A DNA stretch of 64,000 nt from Zootoca vivipara (Eukaryota). Within the stretch, counting starts at the first letter, position 1; each line of letters opens with the position of its first letter. Positions 36,080 through 50,465 of the stretch are shown one piece after another. The notes under the pieces were generated by a model. That model was given only the letters and a program-made list of their open reading frames with translations, had not been told where the DNA came from and did not search any database. Location of the stretch: the NCBI RefSeq assembly GCF_963506605.1, contig NC_083283.1, positions 22,940,001-23,004,000 on the forward strand, written 5' to 3'. Position numbers and translations under genes: made by a program.

Positions 36080-36672
36080 GTCAGTATTCAACTGTGTTCC
36101 CTAGGGAAGCTTGGATTTATGCCCCCAGCAGATGTAATCCAACAGAGTTTGGATGGCACCATATTGGCTATTCCCAGACCCAGACAGACAGTTCTGGGAA
36201 ACCTTTCCCACTTACCCAGCTTTCTTAAAAACTTAAAATATTTGGTATTGGTTTTAGTCACAGTTGAATTTTGCATGTTGCTGCCTCCTTCATTCTTCCT
36301 GCCCTCATTCTGGAACTCCCCAAACCATTTCTATCAGCTAGCAAATCTGAGTCTGCTTGATTTGAACTCTTTCTCCCTCCTTGTCCTCTCCAACCCTCTG
36401 CTTTCCATCTTTCCTTATTTTCCTACTTACCTTTGTCATTCTTGAAGACTTTTGTTGCAGTATAATTTTGGGTTTTAGTTCTTTTCTTTTGTGACAGTGG
36501 GCGAAAAATGCAAATCCAAGTGTGGCCCAACTTCGTTTTAGTACTGTGCTTCTGCATTGGTAGCCAGCACACTGTCCTGTCCTCATGCAGCTTTGTAGAT
36601 GGATATCAAGACTGTAATTGTAACCATGCTTACCTGGGAGTAAGCTTCATTAAATTCAGTTCTGGGTAGATA

Positions 36673-36775
36673 TCATAGAATCGTAGGTTTGGAAGGGACC
36701 TCAAGGTCCAACCCCCTACATTGCAGCAATCTCAGCTAAAGCACCCATGACAGATGGCCATCCAACCCCTGCTTA
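36673..36775 (-). mobile_element. CR1 3' end fragment
   Basis: TCATAGAATCGTAGGTTTGGAAGGGACC...CCATCCAACCCCTGCTTA. Confidence 0.7.
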
Positions 36776-39259
36776 TGGTTAGGATATGGTTAGGATAGCG
36801 CTGTAACTCTTTTTATTCTAGATGGAACTGAATTAATATTCCTGTACTGTTTTCTCTTTTTATTTATACTTATTTGTAAAAATATTTATATACAACTGTA
36901 TCATAAAAATAGTATCACAGTGGTGGACGACAACAACAACAACAACAGACAGTAAAATCATAAAAAGCTAAAACAAGAGGAAAGCCATAGTAGTAGTAGT
37001 AGTAGTAGTAGTAGTAAAAGTAAACAGCACATAGTGGAAAAGCAGCAGGGAACATAAAAAACATAAAACATAAAAAAACTCTGTAACAGTTAGGTAACAT
37101 ATTATTACTATTTTGGTTATTGATTGCCTTTTACAAGAAGTCTCAAGTTGATTTACAGTGAGAGAGATAATAAAATAAACACAAAAAATTACATATAAAA
37201 GATTAAAAACACAATTACAACAATCCACTAGAAACTTATTTATTTCAAAAAAATTATGCACTGCTTGATTGTAAAAAAGCATTAAAGTGGTTTACAAAAA
37301 GATAAAACAATATAATCAAGAAAAAACTACAATACTTTAAAACAAAGGTTAAAATACTAAAATAGATTAAAATCCTCTTCCCAAGGACACAGACATGCTT
37401 GCTATAAATTATTCAGCTAAACTTCACCCCCCCTTCAACCACAGCAATAAAAACCAGCAGTTGAATAATGCCTGGGAAAAGAGGAGAGATGCCACCACTG
37501 AAAAAGGTCATCTCTCTTATTACCACCCTGTGACCACAATAGTCCTGCAACCATGTTCCATATGGCATGGGATATGGGGGGAAGAACTTCATTTTATCGT
37601 TTACAAATCTGATGCTGGGAATAAGGTGATATCTGTGCAATAAAAACACAACCTTGAGGAGAGACATCCAGGCTTTGTGCAGAAAATGGATAATTACATT
37701 ACTAAAATGTGATTGTGTGGGAAGTTCCTGTGCTGAAGTTACAAAAAGAGTTTGCTCTGACTTTTGTAAGAAAAAAAATCAGCAAATTTTTAGCAACTTT
37801 TAATAGCAAAGCAAAATATATTTTTGAGAGCACAGCCTATTAGGACATATCAAGGACCATTAGGACATATCAAGAGTCAAGAGCACAATTTATGAGCTTT
37901 CTCCTTTAAAAGAAAACACCAAAAACAAAACAAAACAACAAAACAAAACACCCTATGGGGCAGGAGTCAACTAATAAAGTCCCATCAGTGGAAACTAGCA
38001 CAAGGGGACTTCCTCCATCTTCTCTCTCCTGAAATTGGCTCTTGGGGGTCAGCAAAAAACCCCAGAACAGTGTGCAGGGGTAGGAGAGGGGGACCATTCA
38101 ATCTTGCAAGGTGACATGCTTGCCCTGATGGGTGGAATAATTGACATAAGGCAACATTGAATTTCTCTCCTGGGTTTTCAATAGATAAATTGGTTTAAAA
38201 TTCCACTTGGAATTTTAATGTACAAATGTTAATAGCAAGAATAGGAAAGCAGGTGATCTATAAACAGCCATATTCACATTAATGATAGAACACATGCCAG
38301 TTCTTAAACCAGGAGTGTAAATTATATTAAAATAGGTGGGTTTTCTTGATTTCTTCAATATCATCTGGCCAGCCTGAGGGTTTTAATTTTACTTCTTTTT
38401 TAATTCATCATTGTACATTGTACAGACTGCACATTGTGGCTGTAGCACTTTCCCTCCAGTTCTGCTACCCATGGCTAACCACGGTTTGGCGTAGTGTCAA
38501 GACTTAACCTTGACTTGTAGTTTGTTTTCCCCAGACGAATCACAGGTGGTAAACCAGGAACAAACTTTGGTTACAGCTTATGGTTTGCCTGAAGCAAGAC
38601 AAGCCACTAGCATGGGTTTTGATGGAATGCTAAGCCAAACCATGGCTTAGCCTTGGGTAGTGTAGCAGCAGCAGCAGGGGTAGGGTGGGGCTTGGAAGAT
38701 TACTCTGGACGTGATCAAGAACTTTCATGTTTGCTCATTTGCATTAAGCCATGGTTTGGTTTAGCATTACGTGTGAACCAGTTCAATGGCTCAATGATTC
38801 ACTTTATGTGGATCATTATATTGCCTGCTCTGCTTATGGCCACTAACTTGCATTGTCAGCTTGTTAAGATGAATTAAATACTGTAACCGAATGCATTTAA
38901 AAGTTTATTTTTCTATGTCAGGCTATCTTCTCTTTGTTTATTTACCACCTAATTCGCATTTCCTTTGGACAATTATATCCTTAACTGTAAAGCAGTTGTG
39001 ATTTGTAGTAACATTCTTCTCATGGTTGCTGTTTACCTAAACAAACAAAATGGAAAATCCTATTTAGCTGCAAAGCGGTTAAACAGATCATATGTTCTTT
39101 TATTCCAAATTTTAATTGCTGTCCAAAGGGAAATGTTCTTTCATGCACTGGTCTGTGAAGTTGATTGACATGTTGTTTTAACATGTTACACCATATTTAT
39201 ACTATATGTACAGTGTCTGTAGGCTCCGTTTTGTGTAACTATATGGTTTTCTTTTCTAG

Positions 39260-39385
39260 CATCCTTTTATTAAGAATGCAAAACCAGTTTCAATCCTGAG
39301 AGACCTGATTACTGAAGCTATGGAAATTAAGGCGAAAAGGCATGAAGAACAGCAGAGGGAACTTGAAGAAGAAGATGAAAACTCG
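39260..39385 (+). CDS. STK3: STK3 exon (exon 8 equivalent)
   Basis: ttctag|...|gtgtg, 126 bp; HPFIKNAKPVSILRDLITEAMEIKAKRHEEQQRELEEEDENS. Confidence 0.97.
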
Positions 39386-39429
39386 GTGTGTGAGAATTTA
39401 ATTATTTTTTTGTGTGGCCAGTTACATGG

Positions 39430-39756
39430 AGCTAGTTTGCACGTAGTACTAAACCATGGTTTAATGCTATACAGATTAGCCTGAGCGAAGCATCGTGCTC
39501 TCCCCCCTTGCTTTCCCTCCTTGTGGCTTAGCATTGGGAATCCTGCTTTAAAACAAGCCAATGGTTGCTAAATGAGCCATCTTCAAGCCATGGTTTATGA
39601 ACCATTTCAGTTTTTTCTTCCAAACTGAAAATAATCTCACCAGCACTCTTCCCGACTGTTCAGGAGGGAGGAATACACAAGCTGATGCTTGCTCAGGCTT
39701 GCTGAGGTTGGTCATGCCACGCTAAACCATGGTTTAGTGTTGCATATGAACCAGCC
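39430..39756. mobile_element. Old palindromic MITE with AAACCATGGTTT subterminal motifs (possibly PIF/Harbinger-like); relatives near 5240, 14750, 22335, 38470, 48795, 53800
   Basis: GCTAGTTTGCAC...CTAAACCATGGTTTA at the left and CTAAACCATGGTTTAG...GAACCAGCC at the right. Confidence 0.5.
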
Positions 39757-41017
39757 AGTATCTACATATTTAAACGATCAGTTGTGATCAAGAGAGTTGC
39801 CCCTGGGTTTTTCTGAGTTTTATTCCTGGCAAGTGCCACATAAACCCCCAGATTGCAGAAGCAGTTTGTAGGTTTGTTGTAAGTTTTTAATTATTAGAAG
39901 GGGGTGGGCAGTTGGCTCAAAAGCAGTCTGGCTCCCTCCATTTTAGTGGGAATGCAATCTTGATATTTTACCTGCATTCGGGAACAGATAAAATCAAGAG
40001 TATGGGGGAAAAGTGATTGCTCAGTTTCTCATGGCCAAAACATAAATGTGCTTGAGATTGCAAATATATCCTTTCTCATAGAAAAACTACTATAAACAAA
40101 GGCATGTGTGTGTGGACATTTAGTAACTCTAGTATGACCAGCTTACCTGTTCTGGCTCTTGTTTTAATAATAATTGGCCATACAACCTTTAAAGAACATG
40201 TTAGAGAATTAAATTTATAACCTTGCAAATTCAAGCAACAATTTGAGTAGATATCTAAGGGCTAATGGGAGTATAGCAGCAGTCTATGAATGTCTGTCTA
40301 TCAGTGTTTTGTGCTGTGTCTTTTGTGACTAGGTGACTAATCTTATCAGAGGTGACTCAAAGCATTTACATTAGTAAATAGTTTTGTCCTGCTATCTGCT
40401 TTACTAAGTGACATCTGCTTTCCCTTTTGGCTTGACAGAGACTTCTGCATAAAATTTAAAATGTGCGTATTCTTCAATTTGTCAAGTAAAAGGGATTTGC
40501 TTACCTGCTCTTATATCCTGCTTGGCAAGCTGCACTGCATTATTGTACTGTTTATATAGGCGAGAGCATTTATTGTGACACACAGCATTCTCACCAGTTG
40601 TCATTTTATCTAGAGAAATTCAAGTAGCATGATCAGTGGTCATTTTTTCCTCTGCTGGACATCTTTTCCTTGAGGGCATAGTTTAGAACCATTTCTTCAT
40701 CTATCAGACACGCTTAATCTTTCTTAGCATTTCCATTCATGCAATACTGAGAGATAATTGCTATTGAGATACCGGACTTTATGAAAGGTTATCTTTTTTT
40801 TATGAAAGGTTATCTTGTGGTGCCTCTCTTATTAGATACCTTTAAAGAAACAGTTATGACAAACCAGCTGTAAAGTTACTTAAAACTAGTACTTTGGTTG
40901 AAGAAAAGGCTGCAAAATTTTGAGCTGCTTGATGTCAGGTTTCATAAATAAAATGAAATGATCTATTGCCCTTTAGAATTTTATTAGAGGAAAAAATAAC
41001 CCGTGGTAATTATTTAT

Positions 41018-41135
41018 CCAGAGGGGTAGCTGCATTAGTTTCTTGCAGCAAAAACAACAGTCTTGCAGACCTTACAGAGTAACGCATTCATTATGGCATA
41101 TTATTTCTGGGACTGCAATCCACTTCGTCAGATAA
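41018..41135 (-). mobile_element. Degenerate Penelope-like end fragment
   Basis: GGTAGCTGCATTAGT...CCTTACAGAGTAAC...CCACTTCGTCAGAT; the minus strand gives CTGACGAAGTGG. Confidence 0.5.
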
Positions 41136-43902
41136 CACTTCATTTGTTAGTGCCACAAGCCTGTTGTTTTCAGTATATCATATATCCTCAAAAGTTCAGC
41201 TGGCACACCTGTAGTCTGGGCGACTTTTATAAACAAGTAGCAATGTCTACCTTCTTTGAAAGCTATGTGGAATATAGTCAATAATAGAGCTCATGAAGTT
41301 GAGTTTAGGCATGTTACAAGAATAGCTTGTCTGATGAGAATGTATTCTGACAAACTGACATGTTTTGATAGGTGTTGAGGTAACTTTACAGATTTTTTTA
41401 ATTAAGTAAAAAGTCCAAGCTGAGTACTCTACAGAAGGTTAATCCCAATATCAAAGTTTAAATGTTGGTTTAAGCATTACTAAACATGATCTAGCTCTTT
41501 TATGCATTTTTGAAGTGTGATGCAAATTTGATTCTGATGTCAGGCAGCTGTATTATGGAAACGTAAAGCAACTCGTTGCCTGGCAGCCCCCAAGAAACAT
41601 GTCCAAATATTTATTTCAAAGGATCTTTAAAGAAATGAACTAATAGTCAACTCTTGCTGTATCTTTTTGCTTCACATTTCAATATCTACATTATCACAAG
41701 ATTGTTTGAAAACACTTCCTAATGACAAAAATAAAATGACGTGCTTTTTATAGTAATAACTAAGAACAAAAAAACAGTTACCGTAGCTTTATTGGTATAG
41801 TATGCTTGCTTCCATGTTACTAATTCCTACAGTTCAACTTCCTTATATATCTAATTACTTGATATTAACTCTTGAGGGAGTTAGAAATCAGGGAAGTTTA
41901 AAAAAGCTAAATCATCTTCTTGTTTCCAGTCTTCTTGTTTTGCCATCATGTTTCTGAAACTATTATAGCTGGAAACTTGCTTATTTTTAAGACAGGCCAG
42001 GATTCTTTGAATTGTGTGTGCCTTTCAAAAGATGCGGGTAAATATGCTGTCCAGTTGTTGTTTAAGGCAACCTTTTCTTATGAAATATTTTCTTATGGCC
42101 AGGAATTAATTTTTATTTTTAATAAAGAGCAGTTGTCCCCCTCCTCCACACCTTTACTGTAATGTCATATACATTTTATGACACCATTCATTTAAGCTTT
42201 TCTAAATGTTAATCAAATAATTGGATCCCTATGACTTCTTGAAGAAGAGAGAGAAATCAATACGATTTTAGCTAGCACTGAAGTGTGCCCATTATTGGGA
42301 TAGCTTGTAATATGGCACAATAACGTTTTATGTGCTAATAGACAATAATGATTAACCCGCAAAAGTAGTGAATCTGATATATAGTTCTCTTTCACTTTAC
42401 AGTATTTGTACAGGTCGTCATATTTGTTGAAAAGAGGTGTACTTGCTCAAATGCTCAGTTTTTAGAGCTCCTGAATTTCCTCATCTTTTATGTGTTCATA
42501 GGCTACTCTAGTAATTTTTACAAAAGCAAACTGTGATTATATTCACATTTTCCCCCACCCCAAAGCAGTGATGAGGTGTTTATTGTATAGAGTATTAAAT
42601 TTAGTTATTTTAACTAAAGTTATTTTAACGCAAAGTTGTGCATTACACTCTACTTGTCTTTGCTGCCCTCTAGTGATCTTGTGTATATAAGACAGAGATT
42701 AGTTTAAATTGATCCTGAGATCCAAGAGGGATTTCTTTTCTCTTTACTAGCGATAGGGTGGGGTGGGGTGTTGCGATACATTTTGTTAAATTGTGCTGTG
42801 CATTATATCTTCCAAGAATCTTCAGGTATTTACAAAGCAAGGTTATGCCTGTTGAACTAATATAATGAACATACTGTAGGGGAAGATAAAGGCTGTCGGT
42901 AGCCAAGCTAACCTATTCAAAATTTTCCTGACTGGAAAATATGCCAGACCCTAATAATGAACACAATACAAATTTATTGAAATCTCTCCTAGAATACATG
43001 TCTGTGTATGTGTGTGTTTTTAAAAAGCACAAGTTCATCCAGTCCATTAACTGTTAATTACTTTAAGTTACAGAACACAGTTGTTACAGGAAGAACATAG
43101 GAAGCTGCCTTGTACAGAGTTTCACCATTGGCCAATCTAGCTCAGTTTTGGGACTACAACTCCCATCATTCCTGACCACTGGTCTTGCTAGCTAGGGATG
43201 ATGGGAGTTGTAGTCCCAAAACATCTGGAGGCACACTGGTTGAGAAACACTGGACTAGATGACCCTTGTGGTCCCCCCTGACTCTACAATTCTGTGAGTT
43301 GCACTGCAGATATCGGCCATAATGACTGCTTACAACTGTATTGGGTAGAGTAATTAATTCTAGCATCTTTTTTTCACTTTTTTTCTGTGCTGTTTCTTTA
43401 ACAAGATTCCCACTTTACATCAAGGCACTCAAATTATGTTGCCCTTTTGGCCCAGTGATCTAGAAAAGCATTTCCAAATTCCTTGGCAGATGCTGTCATT
43501 GCTTTTATAGAGAATTTTGAATACTCTAGATGAGAAATAAAGAGAGACAAATTCCAGAAAACCTAAAAATCAGCAAACTTTCTCCCAGCTGTACAACATA
43601 AAAGACATGGTGTCTGAATGGTAAAAGATTTTTTTATATAGAATTAATATGAAAATTAATTGGAAAAGATTGTCACATATAATTAATATTAAATTTAATG
43701 TGACTGCTGTAGATGTGGTGGGCATACTGCTTAAAAAAAAACCCAACCAAATAATTGTCTCTAACATGCTAGAACAGAAATAATTTTAGAAATAATTTAT
43801 AAATGAGAGAACTTACAATTATATTTTTAATTTTTTTCCCATCAGGAGGAGTGCATATACATTCCTTGTATTAGGCATATAGTGGCCCTACCTGGTGTAG
43901 TA

Positions 43903-44233
43903 GGGACCCAGGTGGCACTGTGGGTTAAACCACTGAGCCTAGGACTTGCCGATCAGAAGGTCGGTGGTTCGAATCCCCACGACGGGGTGAGCTCCTGCCA
44001 ACCTAGCAGTTCGAAAGCACGTCAAAGTGCAAGTAGATAAATAGGTACTGCTACAGCGGAAAGGTAAACGGTGTTTCCGTGCACTGCTCTGGTTCCCCAG
44101 AAGCGGGTTTGTCATGCTGGCCACATGACCTGGAAGCTGTACGCCAGCTCCTCGGCCAATAACACGAGATGAGCGCTGCAACCCCAGAGTCGGTCACGAC
44201 TGGACCTAATGGTCAGGGGTCCCTTTTACCTTT
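43903..44233 (+). mobile_element. Sauria SINE, near full length
   Basis: GGGACCCAGGTGGCACTGTGG head, GGTTCGAATCC B box, ACCTTT tail; decayed TSD (T)ACCTGGTGTAGTA / (T)ACCCAGTGTAGTA. Confidence 0.9.
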
Positions 44234-46799
44234 ACCCAGTGTAGTACTGAGGCATTAAACATGTCTTGAGGGAATGACCGAACTTGTTTTTTTTATGACA
44301 TGATATTCTGTTTATTAGTATGTAAAGAGTTCCATATTGATTCATTACCGTAATTCATTTGAAAGCATTTATAGGCTGCTACATATCGGTAGTTCAAAAA
44401 TCTATAAGCTATGGTATGTACAGTCTAAAAAAACGGACACTGTATTATTAAAACAAAAACACAACCTAAAACCAATAGAGCAACAGTATAAAAACACATA
44501 AAAGTAGATGAAAGCAAATAAAACAGAAATTTGGAGGACTCAAACATGTACCAACCTTATGGTTCAGGGGAAGCCTGGACAAAAAGACAAGGCTTCTCCA
44601 AAACATCTGAAACAACTGAATTTTCTTTTAGAAATTCTATACGTTTCCTGCTTAAAATGGAAGGAATTCGAATACTAAGGGGTGCAGTATGTTGATCCTG
44701 TAATGAGGAGCTACATTAGGATAAATGGGAGACTTAAATGATTTCAGCAGGTGTGTTGTTGTCCTTCTTATCTTCTTCACTTCGTCTGAAATGTAGGTAT
44801 TCTGGTTGACAAGGCATGGATTTCACTGTGCGATTAACAGTGCATTATGGAGTGTGCATGGTTCCATGTAATTTTCTGGCTTGCCAGTCTTGCAGACTTG
44901 CCCTTGGGAAGAGCACAGACAGATAGGCTTGTGAACGTATTTATTTTGAGTAGGAACAAATTGGAAACAAAAAGTTTTCTTTTTGGAGCACTCAACAGAA
45001 ATCATCCATCAGCAAGGAGGGCCGTAGAACCCGTTGCTTTCTTGCTCACTCAACCAATATTTCTTGTTGATTTCATGTTTCTTTTGGAGAGTATAGGCAA
45101 GATTAATATAATTTAGCATAGTTCAGAAAATACAGCTTTCACTCATTGAACTGAAGGAGAGTTGCATTCATGGAAGGCCCCCTTTCTGAGTGATTCTGCA
45201 CTGAACAGAAGCCCCTTCCATTCATGATGAAACATGAAATGAGAGAAATTTAGGGATCACAATTGGTTACAATAGTCCTGAATTGTTCTTTTTAATTACC
45301 TGTAAATAAATTTGCTTGAATTTATGGATTTAGATCCAAATTTAAACGACAAATTTCATTAGTGCTATTCCATGGATGTGAAATAGAAGACTGATTATTG
45401 TTTAGAAAAAGGAGAGTATACAACTCCTGAAGGTATTTGAATCTGAAGAAATAGAGGTAGAGATGTTAAAAAGTGTGGAAGGAGACATTTGAAAGAGATC
45501 TCATGTTAGAGGACTGACATGTACTTCAAGGGGAAAAAGGAAATGGTAGAAATTTGATTTACAAGACAAACTCAGCAGGGAATTGTGAATAGTAGCAAAT
45601 TGTTACCATGAATTTCTTCTTGTGGTGCTGTTGTTAATTGCTGATTTTCATTATGGCTAATAAACTGAGACTTATCTCTGAAACTGTGGCTCACTTAATC
45701 ACTTATTTTAAAAGAAACTCTGTTAACAATGTGGTATTTAGGGTTCCCCTCCCTTGGAAACAAGGTGGTGATTTTATTGATTTATAAATCAGTAGAACAC
45801 ACATTTAGGCATTTGAATTACACTCCACATATATCTTTTGCATATGAAAATATTATTTCTATCTTTCTGTAAATAGGCTAGAGAAAAATAACTATTCCTG
45901 AAAGACAGTACACTTTAAGCTGAATTTATCTTACTATTTGCAACTTAAAAAAACACAAAACAACAATGCCAGCAACCCTGATTTTTGTAGTTTTAGTCTG
46001 TGTCATCAGTCACAGTCAGTGCTTCATAAGTTTACTCTCCCCAGGACAGCAGGATCATTTTCTTCATGATGGCACTGATTAGTGGTACGTGGCTTTTTCA
46101 TTAGCCATTGAAATCCGTAGAGCTATTTTGTAAACTTGATGTTAGGATAGACTTTCGAAGCCTATTTGGCTGGTTTTATTTGGCCCTCAAAAAGGGCTAC
46201 AAATCAAAGAATTCGCTTTTTATTGAGTCACCTAAAATTAAACACTTAATTGGAAGCTTTTATACAATCAACAAGCAGCTTTTTTGCATTCTGATGTTTT
46301 TTTGTGGGTTGTAGAATGTGCCCTTGTAACAGGACTTGAGGCATAGAACAGCATGTTAGTCCTTAAATAGCTGGGATATTGTGCACATCCTCTAAATCTG
46401 ACTTCAGAAAGAGAGTAGGATTTCCTAATAATGTTTTCAAATACTTCTATTCCATATGGGTTTTATGATTCATGAACTGGATTATCATCAGTTCTCTGTT
46501 TTACATTCCTGGCACATTACTGCCACTGATTGGAAATGCTTTTGTATCCTTTGCTGGAATTAACTCTGTTCCACGGTCCCGAAGCATCTGCTCAGCAGAT
46601 ACTTCTCTACAAAGTATCCACGGGTTTTCTTCTTCCTCCTTTTATCATAGCTTAACAAACCCTTTAAGAACATACAAATGAAAGGAATTGCCTTTGCCCA
46701 TTGAGATTTTATTTTTTTTAAAAAAATTTTTTTACATGATATGCAATGCCCTTTTGATCTCCGGGACTCATTTCTAATGAGGTTTTTTAATACATGTCC

Positions 46800-46968
46800 T
46801 TAGGCATCTGCTTATCATGCAGAAGGCTGCAGTTCAGTCCCTGGCATCTTCAGGTAGGAGTGGGGCAGACCCCTGTCTGAAATCCTGCAGAGCTGCCACC
46901 ACTCAGTGAAGGCAGTGCTGAGCTAGATGGGGCAACGTCTGACTCTATAAGGCAGCTTTCTAAGTTCT
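46800..46968 (+). mobile_element. Squam3-like tRNA-derived SINE fragment
   Basis: GCATCTGC..CATGCAGAAGG...CCCTGGCATCT..AGGTAGG...AAGGCAGCTTTCTAAGTTC. Confidence 0.6.
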
Positions 46969-47524
46969 TGTTAAATTTCTGTTAAAAATACATTGGGTAA
47001 CAGGACTGGGAAAGGCTGCTGCCTGAGGCATTGAAGAGGTAGTATTAGTGACAGTAAGCAACAGGCAAGGTGGGCAAATCATGTGAAGTAACAATAAGGG
47101 GGGTGCAAATATCCTATTTCTGTTTTTGAGATTCTTCTTTCACAGAATGCTTTCCAGTTGTTTTCATCTTGTTGCTAGTGCTGTGTAAAAACTGTGGGTT
47201 GTATCAAGTACTCCCCCTGATCTGCTCCTGGGGGTTCCCCATTTTGAGGATGAACTGGGAGCTGCAGGGCAGTGTGGGGCATAACCAAGTGTGCATTGGT
47301 GCTTACTAGGGAAAGTTTTGAAGAATTATCTAGGTAGATAGGACAATAAAATACAATGGAAAACATAACATATTTTTTAAAATACCTTGTAGGATATATT
47401 TCGGGTAGCTATTACAAAACTGGGGAAAGGGCTAAACTTTTCCTTAATGTTGCTCATTGTCCCCAACTACCATGTTAGTTCTCTCTGTGTAACATTTAAC
47501 CAAGTCTTCTCTTCTCATGATGAA

Positions 47525-47711
47525 CATTGGAATCCGCCATATAGCAAGTCAAAGCACTGGTCCATCTAGCTCAGCACTGTCTACAATTATAGGCAATATT
47601 TCTCTAGGATTCTAGACGGCATTCTCTCCTTGTCTTTCCTGGAGATGCTGGGGATTGAACCTGGGACCTTCTGCATGCAAAGCAGATGCTTTACCACTGA
47701 GCTACAGCCCT
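47525..47711 (-). mobile_element. Squam3-like tRNA-derived SINE
   Basis: Minus-strand head GGGCTGTAGCTCAGTGGTAAAGCATCTGCTTTGCATGCAGAAGGTCCCAGGTTCAATCCCC with A and B boxes, followed by SINE body. Confidence 0.7.
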
Positions 47712-47996
47712 TCTCCTAACCATGAAAATGACCATAAATCTTAAATCTGACATGCCCCAAAATTCAATATGAGAAACAAGAAATGTTACAGTGTTTCTCA
47801 GTGTTATAGAGCACAAGTCTATTGATTTCCGTGAGTCTATCCAAGCAGGACTTAGTTGGGTATCACCCAGAATTTAAATGTGACAAGCCATGATGTGAAG
47901 AAAGAACTAAGGGATTCAGAATGTGTGATTAGAAGTTATTTTGTCCTCAAGATCAGTATGTGTTTGGAAGTAACTTCTATTTAAACATTTTTACAG

Positions 47997-48195
47997 GATG
48001 AGGATGAGCTGGACTCCCATACCATGGTGAAGACAAATTCAGAAAGTGCTGGCACAATGAGAGCCACAAGTACTATGAGTGACAGTGCTCAGACAATGAT
48101 TGAACATAATAGCACCATGCTTGAATCCGATTTGGGGACCATGGTGATAAACAGTGATGATGATGATGATGAAGATGAAGATGGAACTATGAAAA
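47997..48195 (+). CDS. STK3: STK3 exon (exon 9 equivalent), caspase site and TM-motif linker
   Basis: ttacag|...|gtatg, 199 bp; DEDELDSHTMVKTNSESAGTMRATSTMSDSAQTMIEHNSTMLESDLGTMVINSDDDDDEDEDGTMK(R); DELDS is STK3-type. Confidence 0.97.
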
Positions 48196-49039
48196 GTATG
48201 TTTAATTTTCCTTTCTGTTTAAAGCATGTAATATTTTCCCTCTAGATATGTAAATTGTTATCAATAAATATGCACTTAAAATGTTATGGATTCTACAAAA
48301 GAATGTTGGAGTTAAAACCTTGGGAAAGGAAGCTGTCCATATAGATATTGGCTACATTCTTGTGGTTTGTGCAGATGAGATTCACATGTGTACTTGAGCT
48401 AGTTTTCCCTGACAACACGTCTGCCCTTGGGCCGAAAATTCCATGAACTCACAGATCTCTTCAGCAAGATGGCTCACGACCTCTAGATTGCCTTTATTAG
48501 TAATATTAGTTATAAATACTTTGCTTACTTCATGCTATGTTATGGAACTAAATATAAGTTTTAAATGTGATTTCATTTTTATTGAAGTCATTCACATAAC
48601 ATTTCATGTAGGATAACTGGAAAAATTAAAATATATTTTAGAACTATAGAACACTTTTCATTAAGGTCACACCAGTCAGACCCAGAGCCATTTGGAGCCA
48701 GTTCTATGATAGTCATATAGATTTATAGTCAGGAGTTAATGGTTGAACAGTGTAAAGGGTATATTTTTAAAAAATGATGTCATAAAGCATTGGCCTGGTT
48801 CACACATCTAGTTATGCCATGGTTAAAAATAAACTATGGTTTACCGCAAGCAAAAAAGTGTGCTGGTGCACACTGCTTAATCATGCTCGCTTCAATCCTC
48901 CCCTTTCCCTCCTTTTCTGCAGTCGGGAGGAAACAAACCAGGATGTTGGCTTGGCTACTTTGGTTTCCACTTGTGATTTGTTTGAAGAGAAACAAACCAC
49001 AAGTGCTGGTTGTCTTGTAATAAAAAAAAAAAGATGAAT

Positions 49040-49462
49040 AAAATTTTATTTATACCCCGCCCTCCCCAGTCAAAACCGGGCTCAGGGCGGCTGACACCAG
49101 TAAAATTACAATAAGACGTAAAAGAAAGAAAAACAATTAATTACTGTAAAACACAGTTTAAATTTTAAAATTTTAAAATGCAGCCTCATTTTAAAGTAGC
49201 CCAAATCAAAACCATAAGGGAGGAAAACATAGGGGTCAGACTGAGTCCAGCCCAAAGGCCAGGCGGAACAGCTCCATCTTGCAGGCCCTGGTCTCCTGTG
49301 AGAGAGCGTTCCACCAAGTTGGGGCCAGTACTGAAAAGGCCCTGGCCCTAGTTGAGACCAATCTAACCACCTTATGGCTCGGGATCTCCAAAATGATGTT
49401 ATTTGTGGACCTTAAGGTCCTCCGTGGGGCATACCAGGAGAGGCGGTCCTGTAGGTACGAGG
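49040..49462 (-). mobile_element. L2-like LINE 3' end
   Basis: TTTATTTATACCCCGCCCTCCCC...GCTCAGGGCGGCT; TTCCACCAAGTTGGGGCCAGTACTGAAAAGGCCCT (RAFS.LAPTWWN on the minus strand). Confidence 0.75.
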
Positions 49463-50465
49463 ACCTGAGAAGAAGTAAGGGAATGGAGTCTGGCTGAGGA
49501 AAACGAGGAGCAAAAGAGGCACAATGGAGCAGTATGCATTAGCATGCTGGTAGTTGGTGAAAAAAACCTCATTTTATTATAGTTTATGGCTTAATGTGTA
49601 GTGAGAACTGGTTCACTATCTGTTCAAAAGGTAAATGTACAGTGTTGGCATTAATCTAACTCCTTGTCAGAAACTTTCTGTCTTTTGCTATTATGACTGC
49701 TTGCCTTTTGCCCAGTGCCTTCAAATATTAACTGAGGTTTCCAAAAGCATTTCATCTCTCCCAACACATTCAACTGAATGAATTAAGTTTTGCAAAAGCT
49801 CTGCTGGAAGTTAGTGAAAACATTGGTGGTATGACTGTTCAGTCATAACTCCTGACAATGTAAAGTGTCTAATATTTTCTCTCCAGAAATGCAGAAGAAA
49901 CATCAGTTGCCCATCTGATGGCTATCTTGCCATATGTCTGGCAAATACACATGTGACAAAATTAGCCTAATATAATCTATTGCTAGGATGAACTGAAGCA
50001 GTTTTATGTGTCTTATTAAAGTCTGAACAGATTTAAACTTATTTGAATGTTAGAAACATGCTTGTTGTGACTTGTAGAAGTGGAGCTGGCAATTTAAGAT
50101 TTTGTAGTGCTTATGTACAGTAGACCAGGGATTTTTATCTCCAGCTAAAAGATAATAAACAGTTCTGTTGATGAGTGATGACTCTTGAGTAGAATGATTC
50201 AATCCATAAAACACTTAATACATGTTTTAATTTGTGTATGATGCTGAAATAGGTATTTGCTTTATAAACTTCTGTGGATAATGGGGAGATTTATTATCAA
50301 AATCTTGAACTAATATTTAACATATGGTAGAAGGGTATTATAAAACATCATGAAGATAATGTTATGTAAAGCAAATGTAAGAGTTCCAAGAAGAATAATG
50401 GATGAATTATTCTGGATGGAAATATATTCACAAAGAGATAGGCACAAAGAGATATATGTGAAAGA

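Noticed and set aside
47641-47710. tRNA-Ala-like sequence on the minus strand
   Set aside because: Continues into a SINE body and has imperfect stems; treated as a SINE head, not a tRNA gene.
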